A stretch of 64,000 nucleotides of DNA from an uncultured delta proteobacterium. Lineage in GTDB: Bacteria > Myxococcota_A > Polyangia > Polyangiales > JAFGIB01. Positions within the stretch are counted from its first letter, which is position 1; each line of letters starts with the position of its first letter. The translations under genes and the position numbers were made by a program. Shown here piece after piece: positions 29,587 through 39,100 of this stretch. Where the stretch lies: contig CAVZVA010000008.1 of NCBI GenBank assembly GCA_963778655.1, positions 96,001-160,000 of the forward strand, read 5' to 3'. A model generated the notes under the pieces. It saw only the letters and a program-made list of their open reading frames with translations, did not search any database and was not told the origin of the DNA.

Positions 29587-31070
29587 GCTCCTGGATCGCA
29601 GTGGCGCCGTTGCTGCTGGTCGGGTTCGGCGGCCTGGCCGTGATGGTGGTGGACGCGTTCACACGCGAGAAGGCGGAGCTCGCCACGCTGACCGCGGTGG
29701 TGCTGCTGTGCGGCGCCGCGCTCGCGATCGGCCTGACCTACAGCGGGCGCCCGTTACACGTGGCCGCGCCGATCGCGCCCTACCTCGCGACCGACGGGTT
29801 GGCGCAGTTCTTCAACGTGACGATCTGCGTGGGCGGCGCGCTCTCCGCGTTGCTCGCCGGCGGCTACCTGCGCGAGCACCAGCTCGAGCGCGGCGAGTTC
29901 TACCCGCTCCTGCTGTTCTCGGCCTTCGGGGCCATGGTGCTGGCGAGCGCCGCCGACCTGCTGGCGGTGTTCATCGGGCTGGAAACCATGTCGCTGGGTG
30001 TGTACTGCCTGGTCGCCTACCGCCGCGGCAGCCCGCGCGCGGTCGAAGGCGGCCTCAAGTACTTCCTGCTCGGCTCGTTCGCGGCCGCCATCTTCCTGTT
30101 CGGCGCGGCCTTGCTTTACGGCGCGACCGGGCATACCGACCTGGCCGGCATCGGCCGCGCCGCCGCGCAGGCGCCGCACGAGGTCCTGCCGCTCTTGTTG
30201 CTCGGCCTGCTGATGCTCCTGGTGGGGCTGCTGTTCAAGGTCAGCGCGGTGCCGTTCCACATGTGGACGCCCGACGCGTACGAGGGCGCGGTCACGCCGG
30301 CGACGACCTTCATGTCGGTGGTGGTCAAGGCTGCGGCGTTCGCGGTGATGGTGCGCGCGCTCGCAGTCGGCTTCGCGGACCCCCTCTCGGCCAACATCTA
30401 CACCGGCTGGCCGGCGGCGCTGGCGGGCCTTTCCCTGCTGACGATCGTCTACGGCAATCTGGCGGCCGCCTATCAATCGAGCGTCAAGCGCATGCTGGCC
30501 TATTCGTCGATCTCGCACGCCGGATACGTGTTGATCGGGGTCGTGGCGATGTACGCGCAGCCCATGCGCCAGGAGGCGATCTCCGCGGTGCTCTACTATT
30601 TGGCGGCCTATACGGTCTCCAATGTGCTGGCGTTCGGCTCGCTGATCGCGATCGGCTCTCACGGCCGCGAGGCCGTAAGCTACGAGGATCTGGCCGGCGT
30701 CGGGCGGCGCCACCCGCTGGTCGCGCTGCCGTTCGTGATCGGTGTGCTCTCGCTGATGGGGTTTCCTCCCACCGCGGGCTTCTTCGGCAAGTGGTACGTG
30801 TTCAACGCGGCGCTCGGCGCGGGCGACTCGCTGGTGTGGCTGGTCGTGGTCGGTGTGCTGGGCAGCGTGGTCGGCTCCTACTACTACCTGCGCGTCATCG
30901 TCTACCTGTTCATGAAGGCGCCCGAGCCCGGCGCACCGGTCGCGGTGCCGATGCGCTCCGGTTACGTCGCGCTCGCGCTGGTGCTCTCCGGCTACTTCGT
31001 GCTGCAGATGGGGCTGGCGCCGAGCGGGTACATCCGGCTCGCGCTGGCGGCGGCCAAGGGCTTCGTCTGA
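29583..31070 (+). CDS. nuoN: NADH-quinone oxidoreductase subunit N
   Basis: EGGLKYFLLG, FKVSAVPFHMWTPDAYEGA, KRMLAYSSISHAG. Confidence 0.96.
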   Translation: MSSWIAVAPLLLVGFGGLAVMVVDAFTREKAELATLTAVVLLCGAALAIGLTYSGRPLHVAAPIAPYLATDGLAQFFNVTICVGGALSALLAGGYLREHQLERGEFYPLLLFSAFGAMVLASAADLLAVFIGLETMSLGVYCLVAYRRGSPRAVEGGLKYFLLGSFAAAIFLFGAALLYGATGHTDLAGIGRAAAQAPHEVLPLLLLGLLMLLVGLLFKVSAVPFHMWTPDAYEGAVTPATTFMSVVVKAAAFAVMVRALAVGFADPLSANIYTGWPAALAGLSLLTIVYGNLAAAYQSSVKRMLAYSSISHAGYVLIGVVAMYAQPMRQEAISAVLYYLAAYTVSNVLAFGSLIAIGSHGREAVSYEDLAGVGRRHPLVALPFVIGVLSLMGFPPTAGFFGKWYVFNAALGAGDSLVWLVVVGVLGSVVGSYYYLRVIVYLFMKAPEPGAPVAVPMRSGYVALALVLSGYFVLQMGLAPSGYIRLALAAAKGFV

Positions 31071-31071
31071 G

Positions 31072-32007
31072 ATGATGCGCCTGACTTGCGCAGGCCAAAT
31101 CGCCGTCGGACTGCTCGTGCTGTGCGCAGCCGCGGACTGCGGCGGTGGCAAGGACAAGAGCGGCGGTGGCAGCGACAAGAGCAGCGCTTCCCACGCCCCG
31201 CAGCCCAAGGCCGTGGTCGAAGGGGTGGTGCGCCTGGCCGAGGGCGCGGAGCTGCCGGCGTACACGCGCGCGCAGATGGAAAAGAAGGTGCTGCGTGCGC
31301 TCGCGCCCGAGGCCGCGCCCGCGGCCTGCACGCCGCCGAAGCTCAGCGATCGCCAGCCGGTCAAGCTGACGCCCGACGGGCTGCTGGTGGGCGTGATGCT
31401 CGCGCCGAGCGGGTTCTCGCACCAGCAGCAGCGCCCGCCGCTGGTGCACGAGGTCACGATCGAGGACTGCCGGCTGACGCCCTCGCTAGTGGTGGCGATG
31501 AAGGGCGACTCGCTGCGCGTGCGCAACACCGTCGACTACCCCTTCATGCCCAGCTACGACCAGGGGCCGATGGTGCGCTCGTTGATCCCCGGGCAGACGT
31601 ATGACGTGCCGTTGAACAAGCCTGGTGTGCTGCCGTTGCTGTGCGGTTTCACCGCGCCGTGCGGCCGCACCGATGTGGTGGTGCTGCTGCACCCGATCTA
31701 CGCGGTCACCGACGAGCACGGCAAGTTTCGCTTCGACGACTTTCCCGCGGGCGAGAAGGTCAGCCTGAGCGCCTGGCATCCGTTGTTCAAGGAAACCAAG
31801 ATCGAGTTGCAGGTGGAGCCCGGCGAGCACAAGCAGCTCGAGCTGGTGATGACCCCGGCGCCGCAAGCGCCGGAGCCCGCCGAGCCCGAAGTGCCCGCCA
31901 AGCCCGGCAAGAAGGCCCAAAAGGCGAAGGGCGGCAAGGCGCCGGCCACCGCGCCCGCGGCGGCGAAGCCTGCGGCCACCAGGCCTGCGGCCAAGCCGGC
32001 GCCGTAG
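31072..32007 (+). CDS. Exported/lipoprotein with cupredoxin-like and carboxypeptidase-regulatory-like domains
   Basis: N-terminal hydrophobic segment with Cys; HPIYAVTDEHGKFRF..PAG..AWHP pattern; starts 1 nt after nuoN. Confidence 0.6.
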   Translation: MMRLTCAGQIAVGLLVLCAAADCGGGKDKSGGGSDKSSASHAPQPKAVVEGVVRLAEGAELPAYTRAQMEKKVLRALAPEAAPAACTPPKLSDRQPVKLTPDGLLVGVMLAPSGFSHQQQRPPLVHEVTIEDCRLTPSLVVAMKGDSLRVRNTVDYPFMPSYDQGPMVRSLIPGQTYDVPLNKPGVLPLLCGFTAPCGRTDVVVLLHPIYAVTDEHGKFRFDDFPAGEKVSLSAWHPLFKETKIELQVEPGEHKQLELVMTPAPQAPEPAEPEVPAKPGKKAQKAKGGKAPATAPAAAKPAATRPAAKPAP

Positions 32008-32098
32008 CGCCTGGCGGCAAACGGGTTGTTGAGATCACAGCAAGACGTCCGGGTTCCGAGCGCTTGTGCAGATGCAGGGCCTCGGTCAGAGTGCGCGC

Positions 32099-33448
32099 AT
32101 GCGTTGTGGCTGGGTTGCGCGCTCAGCGCTGCAGGGCCGGGCCTGGCTCGCCCTGGGGGCGTTGCTGTTGGGCTGCTCGGGCGCGCGCGCGCCCGAGCGC
32201 AAGTCCAAGACCGACGCCGGGTCCGCCGCCGATGCGGCCCCGCGCGACGCGGCGGTCTCGGACGCCGGGCCGGACGCCGCCGTCGAGCTGGACGCGGGCG
32301 TCGAGGCAGTCGATGCCGCGGCCGACGCGGGCGCGCAGCGCCTGCCGCCGCCGGTCGCAGGCGAGGATTCGCTGTCCTTCGACCCGGCGCTACCGGCGGC
32401 GGATGGAACGCTCAGCCTCGACTTCGACCTGCCCGTCGACGCGGTCTCCTTTGTGCTCACGGCCGACCCCGGCGGCACGCCGCGCGAGATCGTGCTGCTG
32501 CAAGTCACGGCGCCGGACGGGACCGTCCTGTTCGACGCCAGCGTGCAGGGACCTCAGCCGTTCGACCCGGGGGTGAGCAGCAGCGTGAACGACGCGCTGC
32601 CCTACAGCGTCATGCTGCCGAGCTCGCCCGAAACGCCGTTCGCGAGCGGCCGCTACCGGGTGCAGCTCGGCGTCGCGAACGCGCCTGCGGGCGCGCCCCG
32701 CCAGCTCGCGATCGACGTGGTGTGGAAGCGCGCGGCCGAACCGCCCTCGAGCGGGCAGATCGCGCTTGCGCTGTGGTTCGTGCAGGGCGCCATGCTCGAC
32801 GCCACGACTGCGCACAGCGACCCCTACCTGCAGCCGGCGCTCGGCGTGATGCACGACATCTATGCCGGTATGGGTGTCGAGCTGGGCCCGATCGAATACC
32901 ACGAGCTCGACGGCGCGCAGGCCGCGTCGCTGGTGGCGGTGCAGGACGCCGATCAGCTGGCCGAGCTGCTCTCGCTGGTGGGCGCGCGGGCTGCGCCGGG
33001 TTCCGGGCTGCCACTCGTGTTCGTGGACGACCTGCAATCCGCGCCCGGTACCACGGTGCGCGGCAAGGCCAGCGGGCTGCCCGGCCCGCCGCCGCTGTCC
33101 GGTGCGCGCCGGCTCGGCGGCGTGGTGATCGCGCTCTCGACGCTGCCGGTGACCTCACGCGGCATCGGCGAGTTGCTTGCCCACGAGACCGCGCACTACC
33201 TGGGACTGCGGCACACCAGCGAGTACGACGGCGTGCGCCACGATCCGATCGCAGACACCCCCGAGTGTCCGGCCGACCGCGCCACCCACACCGCGGCCGA
33301 CGGCACCGCGCTGCTCAGCGCCGAGGACTGCTCCGACCTCGACGGCACCAACCTGATGTTCTACACGCCGCCGGTGCTCGGCACCTCGCAGCAGATCGTC
33401 ACGCCCGGCCAGGCCTTCGTGCTGTTGCGGAACCCGCTGGTGCGCTGA
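32099..33448 (+). CDS. Zinc metalloprotease lipoprotein (metzincin, M43-like)
   Basis: Lipobox LLLGC; HETAHYLGLRH (HExxHxxGxxH); DTPEC; NLMF Met-turn. Confidence 0.8.
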   Translation: MRCGWVARSALQGRAWLALGALLLGCSGARAPERKSKTDAGSAADAAPRDAAVSDAGPDAAVELDAGVEAVDAAADAGAQRLPPPVAGEDSLSFDPALPAADGTLSLDFDLPVDAVSFVLTADPGGTPREIVLLQVTAPDGTVLFDASVQGPQPFDPGVSSSVNDALPYSVMLPSSPETPFASGRYRVQLGVANAPAGAPRQLAIDVVWKRAAEPPSSGQIALALWFVQGAMLDATTAHSDPYLQPALGVMHDIYAGMGVELGPIEYHELDGAQAASLVAVQDADQLAELLSLVGARAAPGSGLPLVFVDDLQSAPGTTVRGKASGLPGPPPLSGARRLGGVVIALSTLPVTSRGIGELLAHETAHYLGLRHTSEYDGVRHDPIADTPECPADRATHTAADGTALLSAEDCSDLDGTNLMFYTPPVLGTSQQIVTPGQAFVLLRNPLVR

Positions 33449-33453
33449 GCGAC

Positions 33454-33492
33454 AAAAGAAGAGGGCGGCTCCAGCTAGCAGGAGCCGCCCTC
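33454..33492 (-). terminator. Intrinsic terminator
   Basis: 12-bp stem GAGGGCGGCTCC/GGAGCCGCCCTC followed on the minus strand by TTCTTTT. Confidence 0.75.
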
Positions 33493-33566
33493 GGATCCGC
33501 ACCAGGGCGGGGTCGCGGGTGCCGGGTCGCTTCAACAGCGACCCGGTGTCCGCGCGCTATGTCCGA

Positions 33567-35849
33567 TCAGGTGCCGTGGCAGAGCACCTGGTCGGCGGGT
33601 AGGGCGCTTCCGCCGCACATGAACTGACCGTTGGAAAGCTCGCAGCTACCTGGGGCTGGATCGCCGTAGTTCAGGCAGTCCTGGCCGCTGAAGCGCGGCT
33701 CGCAGGTCTCGCCCACGCCGAGGCGGGCCGTGCACTTGCCTGCGTGGTCGCCGTCCGCGTACTTGCAGTACAGGCCGTCGCCGCAGGTGTCCATGGTCGC
33801 GTCGGCGATGTCGCAGTTGTCACCCTCTGCGAGCGGGGCGGCACAGGTCGTGCCGGCGCACCAGCCGCTCTCGCAATAGGCGTCAGAGCCCGGGCAGGTG
33901 ACCCCGTCGGGGTACTTGCCCACCGCGTGACACTTGTTGTCGGATTGACACGATACCGGCGGAGAAGCCTGCGAGTCGCATTGCAGGCCGCTGGTGTCGC
34001 AGTCGTCGCCTTCCTCGCCCAGCACCCGGCACTGGTAGTTGGGCGTGTTGCTGGCGTTGTAGTAGCAGTAGTTGCCCGGACCGCAGTTGTGGCTGCTGTC
34101 GCTGCCGGTGCAATCGGCGTTGAGCGCCACGTAGTCTGTGCAGTTGCCGCTGCCCGAAGTCGGGCAGAACTGGCCCGCGGGGCACTCGACGTCACGCCCG
34201 GAGGTGCAGGCCGCGTTGGCCGCGACCTTGGGCGCGCAGTTCGTGTTGTTGAGGTTGCAGTAACCGCTGCTGCAGCTCGCATCACGTTCGGCGGTCGAAT
34301 ACCCGGAGTTGCCGCACGCGTTGGTATCGGCGATCAGCGGCTCGCAGAAGTAGTCGTAGTTCGGCGGGACCGTCGCCGTCGTCTGGTCGCAATAGTATCC
34401 AGTGGCGCAGCTCGCCGGGCTGGTGGTGGTATCGCACGGTGTGGCGCACTTCAGGTCCGTGCCGCAATGGCCGCTCTCGCACAGTGCATCCACGCCGGCC
34501 GCGGTGCAGTCCTCGCCGTCTGCCTTGAGGGCCGCGGCGCACAGGAACTTGCCGCTGGTCGAGTCGAGCGCGCAGCGTCCGCTGGAGCACTCTTGGTAGT
34601 TACTGCCGCTCGTGCACGGATCGCCTTCGGCGGTCGGCGGCCGGCACAGGCCGAGGCTGTACGAGGTCCGCATCGACGGGTACTCGGTCACGTTGCAGAC
34701 TGTGCCATCCGGACAGTCGAAGCCGCTGCCGTTGGCGGAGCAGAACGCGCCTTCGCTGCAGTAGGTCACGCACTTCTTGCTGGTCGGGTCGCAGGTCAGG
34801 CCGGGCTGGCAGGCCATGGCCGCCACGGCGGCGTTCTGCGGGCTGAATCCGCCGGCCACGATGTTCGTGATGGTGTCCACGTACGAGCAATCGTCGCCCT
34901 CCGCGCCCCGCGCCTGGCACTTGCCCGTGGACGTGTTGCAGAACAGGTCGCCGTCGCACTCGCTGTTGTTGGTGCAGCGCTGGCCAGCTTCCGCCGGCTT
35001 GACGCAGATGCCGCCAGTGGCGCCCGTGCTGCGGCAGACCAGCCCGTCGCCGCAGCCCGAAGGCAGCGGGCTCGGCAGCGTGCCGCAGCTCTCGCCCGCC
35101 TTTTGCAGGCCCTTGACCAGCACGTCGATCGCGCACGGGTTCTTTTCCGGTGTCGCGCTGGACGGTGTGCAGTGCTCCGCGGTCACCTCACCGGTATCGA
35201 CGAACTTGTTGCACTCACGCTTGTCGAGATCGGCCACGCAGCTCTGGATGGCGGTTGCGTCGAGCGTGATCTTGATCTGGGTGTCGTTGAGCGCCTGGGC
35301 GATTTTGACCACCGCGTCGATGATCGGACCGTTGCCGTCGAGGAAGTCGGGCGCAAAGCCGTTGTTCACCAGATCGACGAAGGTCTGGGTGCAGTCGTCC
35401 ACGCTCTGGATGCCCGGGCCGAACTTGTAGGCGAGCTCGTTGGAGCTGCAGCAGGTGGTCTCGTACGTGCAAGCCTCTTTGATCAGGTCCTGCACCCCGG
35501 TCTGGACCAGGTCGATGCCGTCGGGAATGCACGACTCGGTGACGCTGCAGGATTGTGGGTCGGGGTTTTCGAGGCTCGACACCCGGCCGGTCAGATCATC
35601 GACGCTCTTGCCCACGTCGCCGACCTGCTTGGACACGTCGTCGATCATCTGACCGAGATCCATCGTGTCCTTCTTGAGGCTGTCGACGCTCTTGTTGGTG
35701 TCGTCCAGGTTCTTGCTGAGCTGACTGAGGTCGTTGGTCATGCTCATGCCGCCGTCGTCGCTCGTCTTGCCCGCGTTGTTGCTGCTGCTGCACGCGGCCG
35801 CGAGCGAGGTCGCGCAGACCATACAGGTGAGCCATAAGAATCGTTTCAT
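33567..35849 (-). CDS. Cysteine-rich repeat lipoprotein with N-terminal coiled coil
   Basis: Lipobox LAAAC; heptads; many G..C.....C..G..C repeats. Confidence 0.85.
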   Translation of the reverse strand: MKRFLWLTCMVCATSLAAACSSSNNAGKTSDDGGMSMTNDLSQLSKNLDDTNKSVDSLKKDTMDLGQMIDDVSKQVGDVGKSVDDLTGRVSSLENPDPQSCSVTESCIPDGIDLVQTGVQDLIKEACTYETTCCSSNELAYKFGPGIQSVDDCTQTFVDLVNNGFAPDFLDGNGPIIDAVVKIAQALNDTQIKITLDATAIQSCVADLDKRECNKFVDTGEVTAEHCTPSSATPEKNPCAIDVLVKGLQKAGESCGTLPSPLPSGCGDGLVCRSTGATGGICVKPAEAGQRCTNNSECDGDLFCNTSTGKCQARGAEGDDCSYVDTITNIVAGGFSPQNAAVAAMACQPGLTCDPTSKKCVTYCSEGAFCSANGSGFDCPDGTVCNVTEYPSMRTSYSLGLCRPPTAEGDPCTSGSNYQECSSGRCALDSTSGKFLCAAALKADGEDCTAAGVDALCESGHCGTDLKCATPCDTTTSPASCATGYYCDQTTATVPPNYDYFCEPLIADTNACGNSGYSTAERDASCSSGYCNLNNTNCAPKVAANAACTSGRDVECPAGQFCPTSGSGNCTDYVALNADCTGSDSSHNCGPGNYCYYNASNTPNYQCRVLGEEGDDCDTSGLQCDSQASPPVSCQSDNKCHAVGKYPDGVTCPGSDAYCESGWCAGTTCAAPLAEGDNCDIADATMDTCGDGLYCKYADGDHAGKCTARLGVGETCEPRFSGQDCLNYGDPAPGSCELSNGQFMCGGSALPADQVLCHGT

Positions 35850-36196
35850 CACCGGGTTCCCCTCGTCGAAGGCTGGAGAGATTGGAAGAGCCTGCTGCGC
35901 AAACACGCGCAGCGCAGTCGCCGATGGTAGTGCCTCCGTAAGGATCGCGCCATCTAGGAATCGCACCGGTCGATCGCGGACGCGGGCCTTGCCTCGCGGG
36001 CCAGTCCTGCGCGCCGTGCACGGAGTGCGGCGCCGTTCACGGGTTGTGGCTCACGCTGCACGGCCTGCGCAGGCGCAGTGTTCGTGATCCCCCCGCTCGC
36101 CGGGTGGGAGCCAGTCCTACATCTGCAGAGTCCGAGTGCCTCGCGGGGCCGGAGCGAGGACGAAGCCGTTCCTGGACGCTTCGGATCGGAAACTGC

Positions 36197-39100
36197 CTAC
36201 AGGACCTGGTTGCACAGATAGGTCATGTCCCAGCTGTGCACCACCGGTGGGGCCGTGAACGGTGGCGTTCCGGTCAGGTCGATCTGCATCCGAATGAAGC
36301 TCTGGAAGTTGCCGGCGCCGAGCACGCCGCCGATGTACACCGGCTGACTGCTGAAGACGCAGCGCTGGGTCGCCATGTCGCAGGAGGCGTTGGCCGCGCA
36401 CTGGCTGTTGTCGGTGCAGCCGCCCGCGGTTGCGATCTGGCACACGGAAAGCGCCGTGTCGCAGTAGCCCTGGGGGCAGTCGGCGGTGGTGGTGCAGGTC
36501 CCGCTGCCGGTGACGGTGGCGATCTCGTGCGGCGTGCAGGTATCCAAGTCGGCCTGGGTCTGCGCCGTGCACGCGCTGAATGTGACCGTCGTGTTCCCGT
36601 ACACATCCGCGTTCCAGCTCAGGTCGCGCCAGTCGGGCGCCTGGTTGCCGGTGCAGCCGGGCGAGCCCGAATCCTGCCAGTAGGTGCCCTGGCTGTAGTA
36701 CTGCGTGGGAGGCGGCGGACCCATCGCAGGCGCCTCGGGGATGATGTAGATGGGCACCTTGTCGACGATGAACTGGTTGTCGCCGATCAGCTCCGCGCGG
36801 AAGTTGTAACCGCCCTTCGGGTCGTTCGGGTTGAGCGGCACCGAGCTCGGGGCGTCCGGATTCTCGAAGGTGATGCGAAAGCGCGGGGTCGCGCCCGGCG
36901 CGCACTTCTGGTGAGTGATGCCGACCACGCCCTGGCAGCCGTCGCCGGCCTGATCGACGGCCGTCACGTTGACCACGAAGCCGGGATTCGGATCGGGGTC
37001 GAACAGCACGCGCACGCTCACGTTCATCTCGAGGTACTTGGCCAACTCGCCCACGGCGCCGACCACCGCGTTCGACAGCCCAGTGCCATCGCTATCGATG
37101 TCGAACACCAGCGGCTGTAGGTTGGCGCCGAGCGCGTTGCTGGCGTTGGCGAGCGAGACCGCTTGCGCGCGGGCGTGCACACAGTCGTGGCTGAAGCCGT
37201 TGTCGCCGTTGACCGGGTCGTCGTGGCACGAAAGAATCGTGATCACGTGGGCCTCGGTGCTCTGGATCGCGGCCAGGGTGGTCGACCAGTCCGGCGGGGT
37301 GTAACTGTCCGTGTGCGTGGTACCGCCGCCCAGACTGAGCTGGTAGGCGCCTTTCTCGCTGCCGTTCTTGCCCTTGAGCGCGACGTAGTACGTGCCCGGG
37401 TTGAGCGTCTGTGTGATCTTCGAGGTGCTGTAGCTCGAGCCATTGTCGTTGCAGGCCGTGCTGGACAGCGGGCGGTTGGCCACGTCGCGCAGCGCCAGCG
37501 AGTAGGCGCCCTTGGCGGAGGCGCTGTGGCCCTTGAGCGTCAGGTAGTACGTGCCTGGATTGAGCACGCGCTCCAGAGAGGACGTCATCGACGGGCCGCC
37601 GTCGTTGTCGCAGGCGAGAATGCTGTAGGGCTTGTTGGTCTCGTCGCGGATCTGCAGCTTGTACGCGCCCTGGTCGCTCGCGTTGCGGCCCTTGACGATT
37701 ACCTTGTAGGTGCCCGCGGGGAGGTCGCGCTCGATCAGCGAGCTGGGGTTGTCGCCGCCGTTATCGTCACATTGGACGATCGCGCCCGACGACGCGACCG
37801 ATAGATCCTTGATGTTGAGCTTGTAGCTGCCCGAGTCGCTCGCGCTGTGGCCCTTGAGCATCACGTAGTAGTCGCCCGCGGGCAGCGCCGTTTGCGTGAT
37901 CTTGCTCTGGGTGCCGCCTCCGCTGTTGTCGTCGCAGGCGAGCACGCTGGCGCCGCTCGGCGGGTGGTTGACGTCGAGCACGCGCAGCGCGTACGAGCCG
38001 CTCGAGCTCCAGCTGCCGCTCTCGACGATGAACCAGTAGTCGCCTGCCGTCAGATCCTGCTCGATCCTCGAGGAGCTGTCGGAGCCCGAGATGTCGTCGT
38101 TGCAGGCGATCTCGCCCAGACTGTTCCACCAGCTCAGATCGCGCAGCCGCACGTTGTAGGAGCCCGAGTTGGAAGAGGAATAGCCGGTCACCACGAGATT
38201 GTAGGTGCCGGGCGAGAGCGTGGTCGTGATCTCGGAGGTGTAGCTGCCGCCGCTGTCGTCGTCGCAGGTGATCTGGTTCGAGCTGGTGGTGCTCGCAGCG
38301 TTGTCCTTGACGACCAGGGTATAGCTGCCGGCCGAGTTGGGGCTGGTGCCCTTGAGCATGATCGCGTACGTGCCCGAGGACAGGTTCTGGGTGAGCGAGC
38401 TGTCGTTGCAGCTCTGGTAGCTCCAGTTCGAGCCCGAGCGCTTGTAGAGCTGGATCACCGGGGTGAAGCCCGAGCCGCTGCTGGTCACGGTAACGCTCTT
38501 GCTACCCGAGCCGGTGATCGCAAAGGTGAAGAACGAGTCCTCGGCGTGCTTGTTGGCGCTGCAGTTCTGGTCGTTGGAGTCGTCGTCCGCGCCCGAGGTG
38601 CTGCCGCTGAAAAGGAAGGAGTTGCCGTTCAGTGTCCCCATGTCGTATGCGGAGCCGAACGTCTTGTTCGAGTTGCCGACGTCGGTCGCCGGCGCGGCCG
38701 TGCTGATAGTCGACGGGTAGAGGCCGAGCTCGGTGTCCCAGGAGGTGCCGACGGTGTCGAGCTGCACCTGGGTAGTGCTGCTCACAGTGAACCGGAAGAC
38801 AGCGTCCCTGGCCTGTCCGTCGCTGCCGCAGCCGATGTTGTAGTCGTGGCTGAGCGAGCCGTCGTTGCCGGTGAACACCAGGCTCTTGTTGTTGATGTTG
38901 CCGACCGAATAGGCCGTGCTCTCGGTGTCATTGCTGTTGCTCGGCAGCGCCGCGCTGGTGTCGCTGCCCGGCCCCTGCTGCAACGACAGCAGGGTGTCGT
39001 AGCTCGAGCCGTCGAGGTCGACGCGCACGCGGGTGTCGCTGTTCAGGTGGAACTTGTAGGCCACGTCCGGCGAGTTGTAGCGACCCCAGCCGCCGCACGA

